A stretch of 45,946 bases of DNA from an uncultured Micavibrio sp. (GCA_964534895.1 CAZHQB010000002.1:1-45946); one strand, 5' to 3'; positions 1-9,280 are shown, numbered from the stretch's first letter. Notes: generated from the letters alone by a model not told the origin. A program made the numbers and translations.

Positions 1-716
1 AAGAACGGCGGGAAAGTAATGAACGATTTTTTAAAACTGGGCCGGGAGAATATGGAGAGGGTGATATTTTTATTGGAGTGCGAGTGCCAAATATTAGAAA
101 GGTTGTGAGAAAGTTTATTGATTTAGATTTTAAGGAAATAGAAAAACTTTTGCAATCAGAAATTCATGAAGAGAGACTGGGAGCGTTGCTTATTTTAGTA
201 GAACAAAATAAATTGGCGATTAAGAATAAAGACCTAAAACAACAAAAAAAAATAGTTAAATTTTATTTAAAACCCAGAAATTTGCAACAGATAAATAATT
301 GGGACTTGGTTGATTTGTCAGCCCACTACATTTTAGGGCAGTCGATTTTAGATGAAATAATAGAAATAAAATTTTTAGACAAATTAGTTCAGTCAAAAAA
401 TATGTGGTCAAGACGGATAGCCATTATTTCTACTTTTGCTTTTATTCGTCAGGGTCAAATTGACACAACTTTGAAATTAGCTAAAAAGTTATTATCAGAT
501 CAAGAAGATTTAACACACAAAGCTACCGGTTGGATGTTGCGAGAAGCTTGGAAAAAGAATAATATAAAAGTAGAAGAGTTTTTAATCAAAAATTATAATA
601 ATATTCCACGCACAACTCTTCGCTATGCCATCGAAAGAATGGAAGAGAAGAAGAGAAAAAGATTTTTGAAAGGCATGTTTTCAAATATTATATGGATGTC
701 TACATTCAATAATTAA
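1..716 (+). CDS. DNA alkylation repair protein (AlkD/AlkC-like HEAT-repeat family), 5' end cut by the window edge
   Basis: The frame is open from base 3. Upstream of the listed GTG it reads ERRESNERFFKTGPGEYGEGDIFIGVRVPNIRK, a motif typical of the DNA_alkylation family. Stop at 714-716. Confidence 0.7.
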   Translation, partial: ERRESNERFFKTGPGEYGEGDIFIGVRVPNIRKVVRKFIDLDFKEIEKLLQSEIHEERLGALLILVEQNKLAIKNKDLKQQKKIVKFYLKPRNLQQINNWDLVDLSAHYILGQSILDEIIEIKFLDKLVQSKNMWSRRIAIISTFAFIRQGQIDTTLKLAKKLLSDQEDLTHKATGWMLREAWKKNNIKVEEFLIKNYNNIPRTTLRYAIERMEEKKRKRFLKGMFSNIIWMSTFNN

Positions 717-915
717 ACGCAACAGACTTATAAATATCAATTTCATTATTTTCATAAAACACAAAGAATAATACTTAACTTTATCGTGCAGGAGCGAGGT
801 TATACCTCGGTCCGTAACCTTTACCGCATCCGTCACATTTTTCAAACATATGGAACTGGTTACAAACCAGTTCATACAGTGATTTCAGGTGTTGCAATTA
901 ATTATTGAACTTATC

Positions 916-953
916 ATGTCATAAATTGACATTTTACGACATAGTGATATTAT
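916..953 (+). promoter_or_regulatory. Putative parDE promoter with operator-like inverted repeats
   Basis: TTGACA (926-931), 16-nt spacer, TATTAT (948-953). ATGTCA (916-921) and TGACAT (927-932) form an inverted repeat overlapping the -35, and a third GACAT half-site lies at 938-942. This fits ParD autoregulation. Confidence 0.35.
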
Positions 954-980
954 AAATATATAATTTGGTAATATAAAATT

Positions 981-1238
981 ATGGCTTCAAAAGCACAATC
1001 TCTACATGTTACACTACCTCCAAAATTGCGAAGTTATGTAGATAAACAAGTCAAGAATCAGGGATATAGTACAAATAGTGAATATATTCAATCTTTAATT
1101 CGTCGTGAAATTGAACTGCAAGAAGAAAGGAAGTTGGAAAAGATGTTATTGGAGGGGTTGGCATCTGGCAGCAAGGCATATTCTCAAAAAGAGTGGGATG
1201 AATTTCATGATGATATCGTAAAACAATATAGTAAATAA
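981..1238 (+). CDS. parD: Type II antitoxin, ParD/CopG ribbon-helix-helix family
   Basis: 85 aa. The N-terminus LHVTLPPKLRSYVDKQVKNQGYSTNSEYIQSLIRRE is RHH-like. The stop lies 1 nt before the start of the toxin gene. Confidence 0.8.
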   Translation: MASKAQSLHVTLPPKLRSYVDKQVKNQGYSTNSEYIQSLIRREIELQEERKLEKMLLEGLASGSKAYSQKEWDEFHDDIVKQYSK

Positions 1239-1239
1239 T

Positions 1240-1575
1240 ATGAAATATTCCTTGACTGAAGATTCAAAAAATGATTTACATGAAATTCTCTTTTATTTAT
1301 CAAAAAAAGACAAAAGTCTTGTGAAAAAATTTGATGAAGATTTCAAAGATACATGTAAAATGTTAGCGAGTATGCCAGGAATGGCATCTGAAATTACAGA
1401 TAATATGCAAAGAATATCGCCATTTCTTAAAAATGTCCATAAATGGCAAATGAAAATTTTCAAGCAATATACTGTTTTTTATAAAATGGAAGGTAAATAT
1501 GATATTTTGATAATTAGAATTGTAAATAGTAAGAGGGATATTCCAAATTTATTTTTGAATTGGGAGATTGAATAA
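1240..1575 (+). CDS. parE: Type II toxin, ParE/RelE family
   Basis: 111 aa. The pattern is ParE-like (DL.EI..YL ... YTVFYK ... ILIIRIVNSKRDI) and the gene is tightly coupled to parD. Confidence 0.75.
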   Translation: MKYSLTEDSKNDLHEILFYLSKKDKSLVKKFDEDFKDTCKMLASMPGMASEITDNMQRISPFLKNVHKWQMKIFKQYTVFYKMEGKYDILIIRIVNSKRDIPNLFLNWEIE

Positions 1576-1579
1576 TTTT

Positions 1580-3355
1580 ATGATGAAACAAATACTAAAA
1601 AACAAAATATTTTGGATAATTTTGGTTATTACACTTGTTGGTGTGTTTTTGCGTGCTTATCATTTTGAGGATTGGATGCATTATCAACTTGATCAAGCTC
1701 GTGATTATCGTGTAATTCACGCTGCTATTGAGTATGGACCAGGAGAATTACCTCTCCAAGGTCCTCGTGCGGCTGGTTCATTTCTTAGACTTGGTCCGCT
1801 TTTGTATTATTTGGAATATGGTAGTGCGCTGATATTTGGAGATAGTCCTGCTGGGAGTATCGTGATAATTTTGATTTTGAATATTTTGGCGATACCTTTG
1901 TTTTATGTATTTTTGAGGAGATTTTTTGATTGGAAATTGTCAGCTGGGTTGTCTGGAATCTTTGCGGTGTCGCTTTTTATGATTGTGTATAGTAGATTTG
2001 GTTGGAATCCTACACTTATACCGTTTTTTATGATATTTTTTGCTTATGGATTGCTGCGTGTATCTGATAATAATAGAAAATCAGGCTGGTGGCTAATTGG
2101 TGCGTCTGGTGCATTAGCATTTATTGCAAATATGCATTTTGTGGCATTTGTTACTGTGCCAATTATTGCAGTAGCTTATTTTGTGTGGGCTCGTCCCAAA
2201 GTCGGACTTAAATGGTGGTTTTTTGCTGTGCTGTTTTTTGTACTTTTGAATATTCCGCTTATCGTAAATGATGTAAAAACTGGTGGTGAGAATATAACAG
2301 AATTTATTGATGTCGCACTTAATCGGGGCGGAGGAGGAGATAATGAAGGCTCAACGCATAATATAGTAGACAAAGTAGTAAAAAATATAGATGCTCATAC
2401 TCAATACTATTGGTTGATTCTAACAGGAGATCAATTTGCAGGTTTGCCAGAATTAAAAGGGAGCGATGTGCAGTGCAATTATGATTGTCGTAAAGGACTT
2501 GTGAGAAGCATGGCATCTTTTGTTATGATATTTTTGGGAATTGTTGGTTGTGTGTGGTTGTATAGAATTGAGGAAAGTGTTAAAAAGAAGAACTTTTTAC
2601 GATTGATTATGCTTTGGGGTATGATAGTGTTTTTGGTTTATACTCCGCTTGCATATGATATTGCACCTAGGTTTTTCTTGTTAAATGCGCCACTAATGTT
2701 TGTATTACTGGGATTTGTGTCAAAAGCAATTATGACAGAGCACAAAAAACCTGGACGAATTTTTGCAATTGTTGTTATTTTACTTTGTGTTATATCAAAT
2801 TTATTTTTTGTAGGTAGATATTATAGTGAGCTTGCTAGTGCAACAGATGCAAATTTCACACTGGATTATAGAGATAGAATATTAAAAGAAAAAACTAGAG
2901 TAACATTCGGACAAATGATGGCAATTACTGATTGGATGACATCAAAATATAAGCAGAATAATGAGCCAATATTTATACATGCTCAAGCAGAATACAAGAG
3001 GGCTCTGTGGGAAAGGATTGATGTGCAAAATATTCCTAGATATCACATACCTAGAGATTTCAGTAGTTTATACAATAAAGGTAATTATTTTATTATCATA
3101 AGAACGCAATCAAACCAAGATACGTATATGGATAAATTCTATGAAAAAATGAATTTATTGGAAAAGAAAAATTTTGGTACGATGACAGGATATTATCTAA
3201 AACCGAAAAAAGAATTTGTAACAGAGGAAGAGAAGAAATTAGAACCACAATCGAGAGATCCAAAATTTAGCAAAGATGTGCAACCAAGATACTTATGGAG
3301 ACAAGTTTTTGAAGGATGTACATATAACACAAAAACAGACAAGTGTGAAAAATAA
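1580..3355 (+). CDS. Polytopic membrane glycosyltransferase, ArnT/PMT-like (GT-C fold, tentative)
   Basis: About 590 aa with many TM helices followed by a soluble C-terminal domain. The N-terminal region (LRAYHFEDW...QLDQARDY) resembles PMT_2-type proteins. ATG at 1580 is preferred over the listed TTG at 1568, which overlaps the parE stop. Confidence 0.55.
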   Translation: MMKQILKNKIFWIILVITLVGVFLRAYHFEDWMHYQLDQARDYRVIHAAIEYGPGELPLQGPRAAGSFLRLGPLLYYLEYGSALIFGDSPAGSIVIILILNILAIPLFYVFLRRFFDWKLSAGLSGIFAVSLFMIVYSRFGWNPTLIPFFMIFFAYGLLRVSDNNRKSGWWLIGASGALAFIANMHFVAFVTVPIIAVAYFVWARPKVGLKWWFFAVLFFVLLNIPLIVNDVKTGGENITEFIDVALNRGGGGDNEGSTHNIVDKVVKNIDAHTQYYWLILTGDQFAGLPELKGSDVQCNYDCRKGLVRSMASFVMIFLGIVGCVWLYRIEESVKKKNFLRLIMLWGMIVFLVYTPLAYDIAPRFFLLNAPLMFVLLGFVSKAIMTEHKKPGRIFAIVVILLCVISNLFFVGRYYSELASATDANFTLDYRDRILKEKTRVTFGQMMAITDWMTSKYKQNNEPIFIHAQAEYKRALWERIDVQNIPRYHIPRDFSSLYNKGNYFIIIRTQSNQDTYMDKFYEKMNLLEKKNFGTMTGYYLKPKKEFVTEEEKKLEPQSRDPKFSKDVQPRYLWRQVFEGCTYNTKTDKCEK

Positions 3356-3362
3356 ATATGAT

Positions 3363-4784
3363 ATGTTTAAAAAAATTTTAAATTCAAATTATTTAATCTA
3401 TGGCATCATAGTGTTAATAGGAGTCTTTTGGTTTTGGGTTACTTATCAACAGTATTATCAGTTTGCTTTTCGAGTTGGGGATAGTGCTGTAGCTGAAAAT
3501 GCTCTTTGGAATACAATTCACGGAGATTGGTTTTATCAAAGTTTTTTAAATACTTCTAATAACTTTCGTGAACATTTGGGATTTGCACAAGCTTGGTACT
3601 TACCTTTTTATTATTTTGTGCCACACACATTGACACTGTTTTTTGTTATTCAATCAATGTTTGTTTTGGCTGGTATTTTGTTGTATCGTTTTGCATTGCA
3701 CCGTATTGATAAATTAGGTGCGATTATTGTGACAGTACTTTTTCTTTTTCATCCACTTGTTGCATCGCAAGTTGTGGGGCCTATGCACGTGGTAGCTATA
3801 GGTGGTCCATTTTTTCTTTTTATGCTTATGGCATATATGAAAAAGCATTATAAATATTTTTTGATTGGAATATTGCTTTTGGTTTTTCTTTCTGAATTTG
3901 CTGCGCCTACTATATTTATGATTGGCATTTTAGCACTCTGGGATAGGAGAGGGTGGAAGTGGGTTGTTCCACCATTTATTGGTAGTATTGCGTTGTATAT
4001 GGCTGCAAAATATTATATTACTATTGGCTTTAGCAAACATAATAGTTTATTAAAACATTTTAAGCCTGAGTCTATAAAAAATATTTACAAACTACCAAAG
4101 CGAATAGAATTTGTGGGCGATTTCCTTAAGCCAATGATGTATATCTTTCCATTTTTTTCTAGATATGTAATATTATTAATACCATCAATTATTCTTGCAA
4201 TTTTTATCGTTGTGCCAGGCAGACTTAAGGGAGGTGCACATATTTTTATATTTGTACCAGCGATATTATCAATTATTTTTATTGATATTGCAATACGTTG
4301 GGGTGGATGGAAAAAGAAAATTTTATACGGAGCAGTTATTGTTGGTATAGTATTATCATTGCATCCATGGTGGAAGTGGATGGAAATTGATGGCAGTGTA
4401 CATGCTGATAAATTGGGTCGGGCTATTGCATACATTAAAGATGGTGGTAGTCTGACAAGTGATTCACAAACTGGTCCGCAATTGTGTCGTCGCAAGGAAT
4501 TTTATTTGACGTCAAACAAAAAAAATACAGATTATGTTGTTGTGAAGCTTAGTAAAAATAAAAAGAAGAAGTTGGCTCAAGGTCAATTGAGATATGTGGA
4601 TACAATAGCTCAAAATAAGGATTATTTGGAGGTTTTTAGGGAAGACAGAGTTATTATTTATATCAAAAAAGACAAGATATCTAAATTATTAAATAAACCA
4701 GTTTGGAAAATTAATCAAATGTTACAAAAAGAGATACAGCAAGAGATATTAAAATTAGAAAAAGTTGATTATAACATTAAGTAG
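3363..4784 (+). CDS. DUF2079-like polytopic membrane protein
   Basis: The in-frame ATG at 3363 (MFKKILNS) lies just after the upstream stop. The motif AENALWNTIHGDWFYQSF resembles the DUF2079 signature. Multiple TM helices. Confidence 0.55.
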   Translation: MFKKILNSNYLIYGIIVLIGVFWFWVTYQQYYQFAFRVGDSAVAENALWNTIHGDWFYQSFLNTSNNFREHLGFAQAWYLPFYYFVPHTLTLFFVIQSMFVLAGILLYRFALHRIDKLGAIIVTVLFLFHPLVASQVVGPMHVVAIGGPFFLFMLMAYMKKHYKYFLIGILLLVFLSEFAAPTIFMIGILALWDRRGWKWVVPPFIGSIALYMAAKYYITIGFSKHNSLLKHFKPESIKNIYKLPKRIEFVGDFLKPMMYIFPFFSRYVILLIPSIILAIFIVVPGRLKGGAHIFIFVPAILSIIFIDIAIRWGGWKKKILYGAVIVGIVLSLHPWWKWMEIDGSVHADKLGRAIAYIKDGGSLTSDSQTGPQLCRRKEFYLTSNKKNTDYVVVKLSKNKKKKLAQGQLRYVDTIAQNKDYLEVFREDRVIIYIKKDKISKLLNKPVWKINQMLQKEIQQEILKLEKVDYNIK

Positions 4785-4829
4785 TAAATCTGTGTTATAA
4801 TTAAAACATAATTAAATAATAAAAAATAT

Positions 4830-5582
4830 ATGGAGATGAAATCATCTACTATGACGAATATATTCCTAGCTGGTATGTTTGTTATGATGGCGTATTTAGT
4901 TTTTTCAAGTAGAGATGTTACGATAAATAGTAACACAATGGCAGATAACAATACTATTGCAGTGGATGGTACTGCAAAGACATTTGTAAAACCTGATACT
5001 GCGTCTGTGTCATTTAATATTACTAAAAAAGCGCCCACAACTGATACTGCTATGAATTCTGTAAATAAAAGAATGGCGGAACTTATAGGACAATTAAATA
5101 AAATAGGGGTAGCAAAAAAAGATATTAAAACTACCAATTATAGTGTTTATCCAGAGTATTCATATAATAATGGAAAACAAAATTTTGAGGGATATCGTGT
5201 TTCAAATAGTGTAAAAGTTATTATAAGAGATTTGAAAAGGTCATCAGATGTGTTGGCGTTGGTTAATACTGCTGGGGTAGATAATTTGTCACAACTTGTT
5301 TTTTATGTAGATGATGTAGACAGTATTAAGGAACAATTACGTACAGAGGCTATAAATGATGCAAAAGATAAGGCTAAAAAAATAGCAAAAGATTTAGGTG
5401 TAAAACTTGGATCAGTTGTGCGATTTGATGAGTTTGGTGATAATGAAGAATCGGAGCCATACGCTATGGCGGATAAAGCTTTTGGTGTGGCTCGTGCTAG
5501 TGCTGATGCAGTAGCAGCTACAGTATCACCTGGACAAAATCAATTTAATAAAACTGTGACTTTGATATACCAAATTAAGTAA
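4830..5582 (+). CDS. SIMPL/DUF541 domain protein with N-terminal membrane anchor
   Basis: 250 aa. One TM helix, then a SIMPL-like pattern: TFVKPDTASVSFNI...NSVNKRMAELIGQLNKIGVAKKDIKTTNYSVYPEY...GYRVSNSVKVIIRDL. Confidence 0.7.
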   Translation: MEMKSSTMTNIFLAGMFVMMAYLVFSSRDVTINSNTMADNNTIAVDGTAKTFVKPDTASVSFNITKKAPTTDTAMNSVNKRMAELIGQLNKIGVAKKDIKTTNYSVYPEYSYNNGKQNFEGYRVSNSVKVIIRDLKRSSDVLALVNTAGVDNLSQLVFYVDDVDSIKEQLRTEAINDAKDKAKKIAKDLGVKLGSVVRFDEFGDNEESEPYAMADKAFGVARASADAVAATVSPGQNQFNKTVTLIYQIK

Positions 5583-5610
5583 GTAAAATAATTATTAATT
5601 TTTTTGAAGA

Positions 5611-6306
5611 ATGAGTGTTTTATTTGAAGTGAAAAATTTGAGTGTTAGATTTGGCGATAATAGAATTATTGATAAGTTATCTTTTAAAGTTAAAGAAGAA
5701 GATAATTTTATAATCTTAGGACCAAATGGGGCTGGAAAGTCGGTCCTACTAAAAACTTTGCTGGGATTTATACCATATCAAGGAGAAATTGTTTGGCATA
5801 AAAAACCAAAATTAGGTTATTTGCCACAAGGTTTAACACAAATGAGAGTAAAAGATTTTCCTTTGACTGTGCAAGATTTTTTTGCTTTAAAGTATAAAAG
5901 TGTTTCCATCGATGAGGTTGTGCATTTTTTAGAATTAGTTGGTTTAGATAAATCAATATTACAACAGAGGGCTGGACATTTATCAGGGGGACAATTTCAA
6001 AGAATGCTGATTGCTTGGATACTTATTTCCCATCCAAATGTGGTATTTTTTGACGAGCCTACTACTGGGATAGATATTGGCGGAGGAGAGACGATTCATT
6101 CTTTGTTGCATACTATTCAATTGAAAGAAAAAATTACTATTATTTTGGTTACACATGATTTGAGTGTCGTATATAAATATTCTAGTAATGTTTTGTGTTT
6201 AAGTAAAAAAAAGCATATTTGTTCTGGTCCACCAAAAGAAATTTTGACACCAAAAATGTTGGAAAATGTATTTGGAGAGGAGATCAAGTTTCATCATCAC
6301 CATTAA
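5611..6306 (+). CDS. Metal (Zn/Mn-type) ABC transporter ATP-binding protein
   Basis: Walker A GPNGAGKS, signature LSGGQFQR, Walker B VVFFDEPT. C-terminal KFHHHH tail. Confidence 0.85.
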   Translation: MSVLFEVKNLSVRFGDNRIIDKLSFKVKEEDNFIILGPNGAGKSVLLKTLLGFIPYQGEIVWHKKPKLGYLPQGLTQMRVKDFPLTVQDFFALKYKSVSIDEVVHFLELVGLDKSILQQRAGHLSGGQFQRMLIAWILISHPNVVFFDEPTTGIDIGGGETIHSLLHTIQLKEKITIILVTHDLSVVYKYSSNVLCLSKKKHICSGPPKEILTPKMLENVFGEEIKFHHHH

Positions 6307-6323
6307 ATTATTAAATAAGATTA

Positions 6324-7121
6324 TTGACTATGAGTAATATATTTTCGCAACAATTAATACTTAGCTTGATTAGTGGTGTTTTTATTAGTGGTATAGCTGG
6401 TTATTTAGGTACTTTGATGTTATCTAAGAAAATGTCTATTGTTGCAGGCCCATTGGCACATCTTTCATTTCCTGGGGTTGCTATTGCCATTATTTTTGGT
6501 TTTAATATTTATCTGGGAGTATTTCCATTTGTTTTAATAGGAGCATTTTTAATTTGGCTATTGGAAGAAAAGACTAAATTACCAGTAGAAAATTTAGCGG
6601 CTATTATTTTTGCAGCTGGTATTGGAACAGCATTTTTATTCTTGCCAATTGATCAAGCAGAGGCGGCGTTGGTGGGCAGTATTGGCACAATAACATTACT
6701 TGAAACTATTATAGTAATTATAATAAGTTTACTTATCTTTTTAGTTATTAAAGTATTGTATAAACGGATGATGCTTATAAATGTTGATGAAGATTTGGCA
6801 ACAATTGAGGGGGTGAATGTTAAAAAATATAATTTAATTTATTTACTAAGCATCGCAACTGTTGTGGCGCTTGGAGTTTATTTAGTAGGAGGATTAATTA
6901 CTGCAGCTCTTATAGCTATACCAGCGGCATCATCAAAGAATATTAGTAATACAATGCAGGCTTACAAAGTATGGGCAGTTATTTTTGGAATCATTTCAAC
7001 TATTGCAGGTATTGTAATTGCTAATTATTTTAAATTGCCAATTGGGCCTATGGTTATAATTGTGGAAGTGGTTGTTTTTCTTGTGTCTATTATCTATCGT
7101 TCACTGGTACAATATAAATAA
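6324..7121 (+). CDS. Metal ABC transporter permease (ABC-3 / ZnuB-like)
   Basis: 265 aa polytopic protein directly downstream of the ATPase gene, with an ABC-3-like hydrophobic pattern. The true start may be the ATG at 6330. Confidence 0.8.
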   Translation: MTMSNIFSQQLILSLISGVFISGIAGYLGTLMLSKKMSIVAGPLAHLSFPGVAIAIIFGFNIYLGVFPFVLIGAFLIWLLEEKTKLPVENLAAIIFAAGIGTAFLFLPIDQAEAALVGSIGTITLLETIIVIIISLLIFLVIKVLYKRMMLINVDEDLATIEGVNVKKYNLIYLLSIATVVALGVYLVGGLITAALIAIPAASSKNISNTMQAYKVWAVIFGIISTIAGIVIANYFKLPIGPMVIIVEVVVFLVSIIYRSLVQYK

Positions 7122-7122
7122 A

Positions 7123-8388
7123 TTATTTTACTTGTCTAAAAAATTTAAGATACATAAAAAGTAAAGCAGCGAGTCCCATAAATGTTGCAGTGCAGGAAAA
7201 AGTAATTGCTGTAGCTGTAATGCCATAGATTGGTAAAAAGTGTATATTTGCACTAATGCCACTAATCAGAGCAATAACAGTAATAGATGCTGGAATCCTG
7301 GTCATATCAGCGCCGTTGAACACTGAAGCTAAAACAAAAAATATTGTGATAAATATTGTACCACCTAGTAACAAAGGTATAAGTGGTGCAGCAGATATAA
7401 ATTTATCTCCAAAAAACATAGTGATTAAAAATTCTGGCATTATTGCTATAATAATTGCGCTCGGTATTAAAATTACAAACAAAAATGCAATAACCTTTTT
7501 GAGTAAATCTCTGATTTGATGATGGTCTTTTTTCTTTGCCAAATCTGACATGGTAGGAAACAATATGAAAGTAAGAGCAAACATTACATAATAGGGAATA
7601 AGTGCGATGGTAAAAGCAGCATTGTAGAGTCCGGTATTCACATCACTTCCGGTGATAGTTTTGATAAGGTACATATCTGCTCTTATATAAAATTCATAAA
7701 AAATTAAAAATAGTATAAATCCACCAGCGTAAGCAAGGATTTTTTTGTGTGAATAACTTTCTTTTTTATAGGTATATTTAGATTCTTCTTTTTTGATAAA
7801 AAACATCTCAATAATAATTGCAACAATAAATACGCTCAAAGGTGCAAGTATTGAACCATAAATCGCACCATTTAGCCCTGTTATATAAGCAAGTCCTATA
7901 ATCCATGCAATACGAAATATACCACGAGCAATTTTCATAGTGGTCATGGCCTTGAAGTACTTGAGTCCATTGAAATATAAAACATGAAAAGAGGAGATAG
8001 CAAAGGCAGGTATTACAAGTGCACTAATTTTGAATAGTGGTGTGAGTGTTGTGTCATTGAAAGCTTGTGCTATAAGTGGCGCAAGAACATAAAATATAAT
8101 AGTGAGTGAAGTGATGATAATAATTTGCAAAAAAGCAGCACTTCGTCGGATTGCTCGTATGCGAGGCCAGTTGCCGATATTTTCACTGATGCGTTTCATC
8201 ATGGCTGTTGGGACGGAGCGTCCAGCTAGTAGGATTATCATAGTAGTAAAGCCAATCACGAGGCTATACCGTCCATAATTAGCTACGCCAAGTATGCGAC
8301 CAAGTCCCATATTTACAACATAGCTTGAAATGTTGTAGGTGAACTCGGCTATAACAAGTATTATAAATGATGTTTTTAATTTGGACAT
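7123..8388 (-). CDS. Oligosaccharide/polysaccharide flippase (MOP superfamily, Wzx-like)
   Basis: 421 aa with about 12 TM helices. The N-terminus (NISSYVVNMGLGRILGVANYGRYSLV) is typical of polysaccharide biosynthesis flippases. Confidence 0.7.
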   Translation of the reverse strand: MSKLKTSFIILVIAEFTYNISSYVVNMGLGRILGVANYGRYSLVIGFTTMIILLAGRSVPTAMMKRISENIGNWPRIRAIRRSAAFLQIIIITSLTIIFYVLAPLIAQAFNDTTLTPLFKISALVIPAFAISSFHVLYFNGLKYFKAMTTMKIARGIFRIAWIIGLAYITGLNGAIYGSILAPLSVFIVAIIIEMFFIKKEESKYTYKKESYSHKKILAYAGGFILFLIFYEFYIRADMYLIKTITGSDVNTGLYNAAFTIALIPYYVMFALTFILFPTMSDLAKKKDHHQIRDLLKKVIAFLFVILIPSAIIIAIMPEFLITMFFGDKFISAAPLIPLLLGGTIFITIFFVLASVFNGADMTRIPASITVIALISGISANIHFLPIYGITATAITFSCTATFMGLAALLFMYLKFFRQVK

Positions 8389-8446
8389 GGTTTGTTAGTA
8401 TTTTAGTAATTAGTCTGCTTGTTAGTGTATGTTGGTAAGCAGTAGA

Positions 8447-8570
8447 GCTTCCCCTCCCTAAGGGAGAGGATTGAGGTAATGGGTCATTTATGATTATTTT
8501 GATGTGTAAAACATCTTATACTAAACCCTCATCCGCCCTATCGGACACCTTCTCCCATAGGGAGAAGAAG
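8447..8570. repeat. Pair of GC-rich hairpin motifs (YCTCCC-WTA-GGGAGR) flanking a ~75-nt AT-rich spacer
   Basis: Left copy: cttcccctccctaagggagagga at 8448-8470. Right copy: ccttctcccatagggagaagaag at 8548-8570. Both are GC-rich against an AT-rich background. Confidence 0.5.
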
Positions 8571-9158
8571 TTAAATTAGTGATTTTATTTTTTCAAAAAT
8601 TTCTTGTTTTGGTTTGTTCCCATCTATTTTATGTAATTTGAAAATTTTGTTGTATTCATTGAATAATTTATTTTTATCTTCTAAATATTGTAATCCTTGT
8701 GAGGGTTTATCATCTCTTTTCATAATTTCTTTTGGTTTAATTGATAGGAAAAATTTATAATTAGGAGAGGTGATGTGCGTGAAAAAAGATGGAATGTATC
8801 GCTTTTTGGATAAGTATGCGATATTTACTATCATATCATAAAAATACCTATCAGTAAGTATGTAATTATACCCATTCCTATCTAATTTTTTGATAAGAGA
8901 TTTGAATCTAAAAATATCAATGAGTAGTGCAACTTTGCGAAGCCAAATTTTGGACCATGATGCTTTTGTCACATCTTTTTGCTTTGTGTAGTGACAGGTT
9001 TGAAACCTGTCACTACGGTTTGAGATATTTGCAACGGAGAACTGGACAGCATGAAAATAGAATACCTTATTTTTGTTATTTTCCAAGTATTCTTGTAATA
9101 ATTGTATTTGAGTTGATTTACCAGAACCATCAAGTCCTGAAATTGAGATTATTTGCAT
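8571..9158 (-). CDS. Thymidylate kinase-like P-loop kinase
   Basis: P-loop GLDGSGKST close to the N-terminus and a DRY motif (LTDRYFYD). ATG at 9158 (MQIISISG) is preferred over the listed TTG at 9167. The CDS contains an in-frame palindromic repeat. Confidence 0.65.
   Translation of the reverse strand: MQIISISGLDGSGKSTQIQLLQEYLENNKNKVFYFHAVQFSVANISNRSDRFQTCHYTKQKDVTKASWSKIWLRKVALLIDIFRFKSLIKKLDRNGYNYILTDRYFYDMIVNIAYLSKKRYIPSFFTHITSPNYKFFLSIKPKEIMKRDDKPSQGLQYLEDKNKLFNEYNKIFKLHKIDGNKPKQEIFEKIKSLI
8970..9016. repeat. REP-like palindrome, family A, copy A1 (inside a CDS)
   Basis: The 29-nt palindrome gtagtgacaggtttgaaacctgtcactac is at 8988-9016. The 5' flank cacatctttttgctttgt is shared with copy A2. 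Confidence 0.85.
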
Positions 9159-9160
9159 GA

Positions 9161-9189
9161 TTGACAATTGTTTGATTATGTGCTAATAT
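9161..9189 (+). promoter_or_regulatory. Sigma70-like promoter
   Basis: TTGACA (9161-9166), 17-nt spacer, TAATAT (9184-9189), upstream of the 9281 gene. Confidence 0.45.
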
Positions 9190-9280
9190 GTATAGTCATG
9201 CTTGTACGCTATATAGTAATTGTACAGCATATAATCATTTTTATAAAGTTGTTTAAAAATCTACAATAGGGAGATTGATT

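Noticed and set aside
4085-5137. Minus-strand ORFs 4085-4495 and 4769-5137, plus other short internal antisense ORFs in the track (for example 2176-2516, 7256-7519, 10595-11620, 19452-19745, 20816-21386, 27752-28242, 29946-30314, 31415-31711 and 32037-32485).
   Set aside because: All lie inside, and antisense or out of frame to, longer genes with recognisable family motifs.
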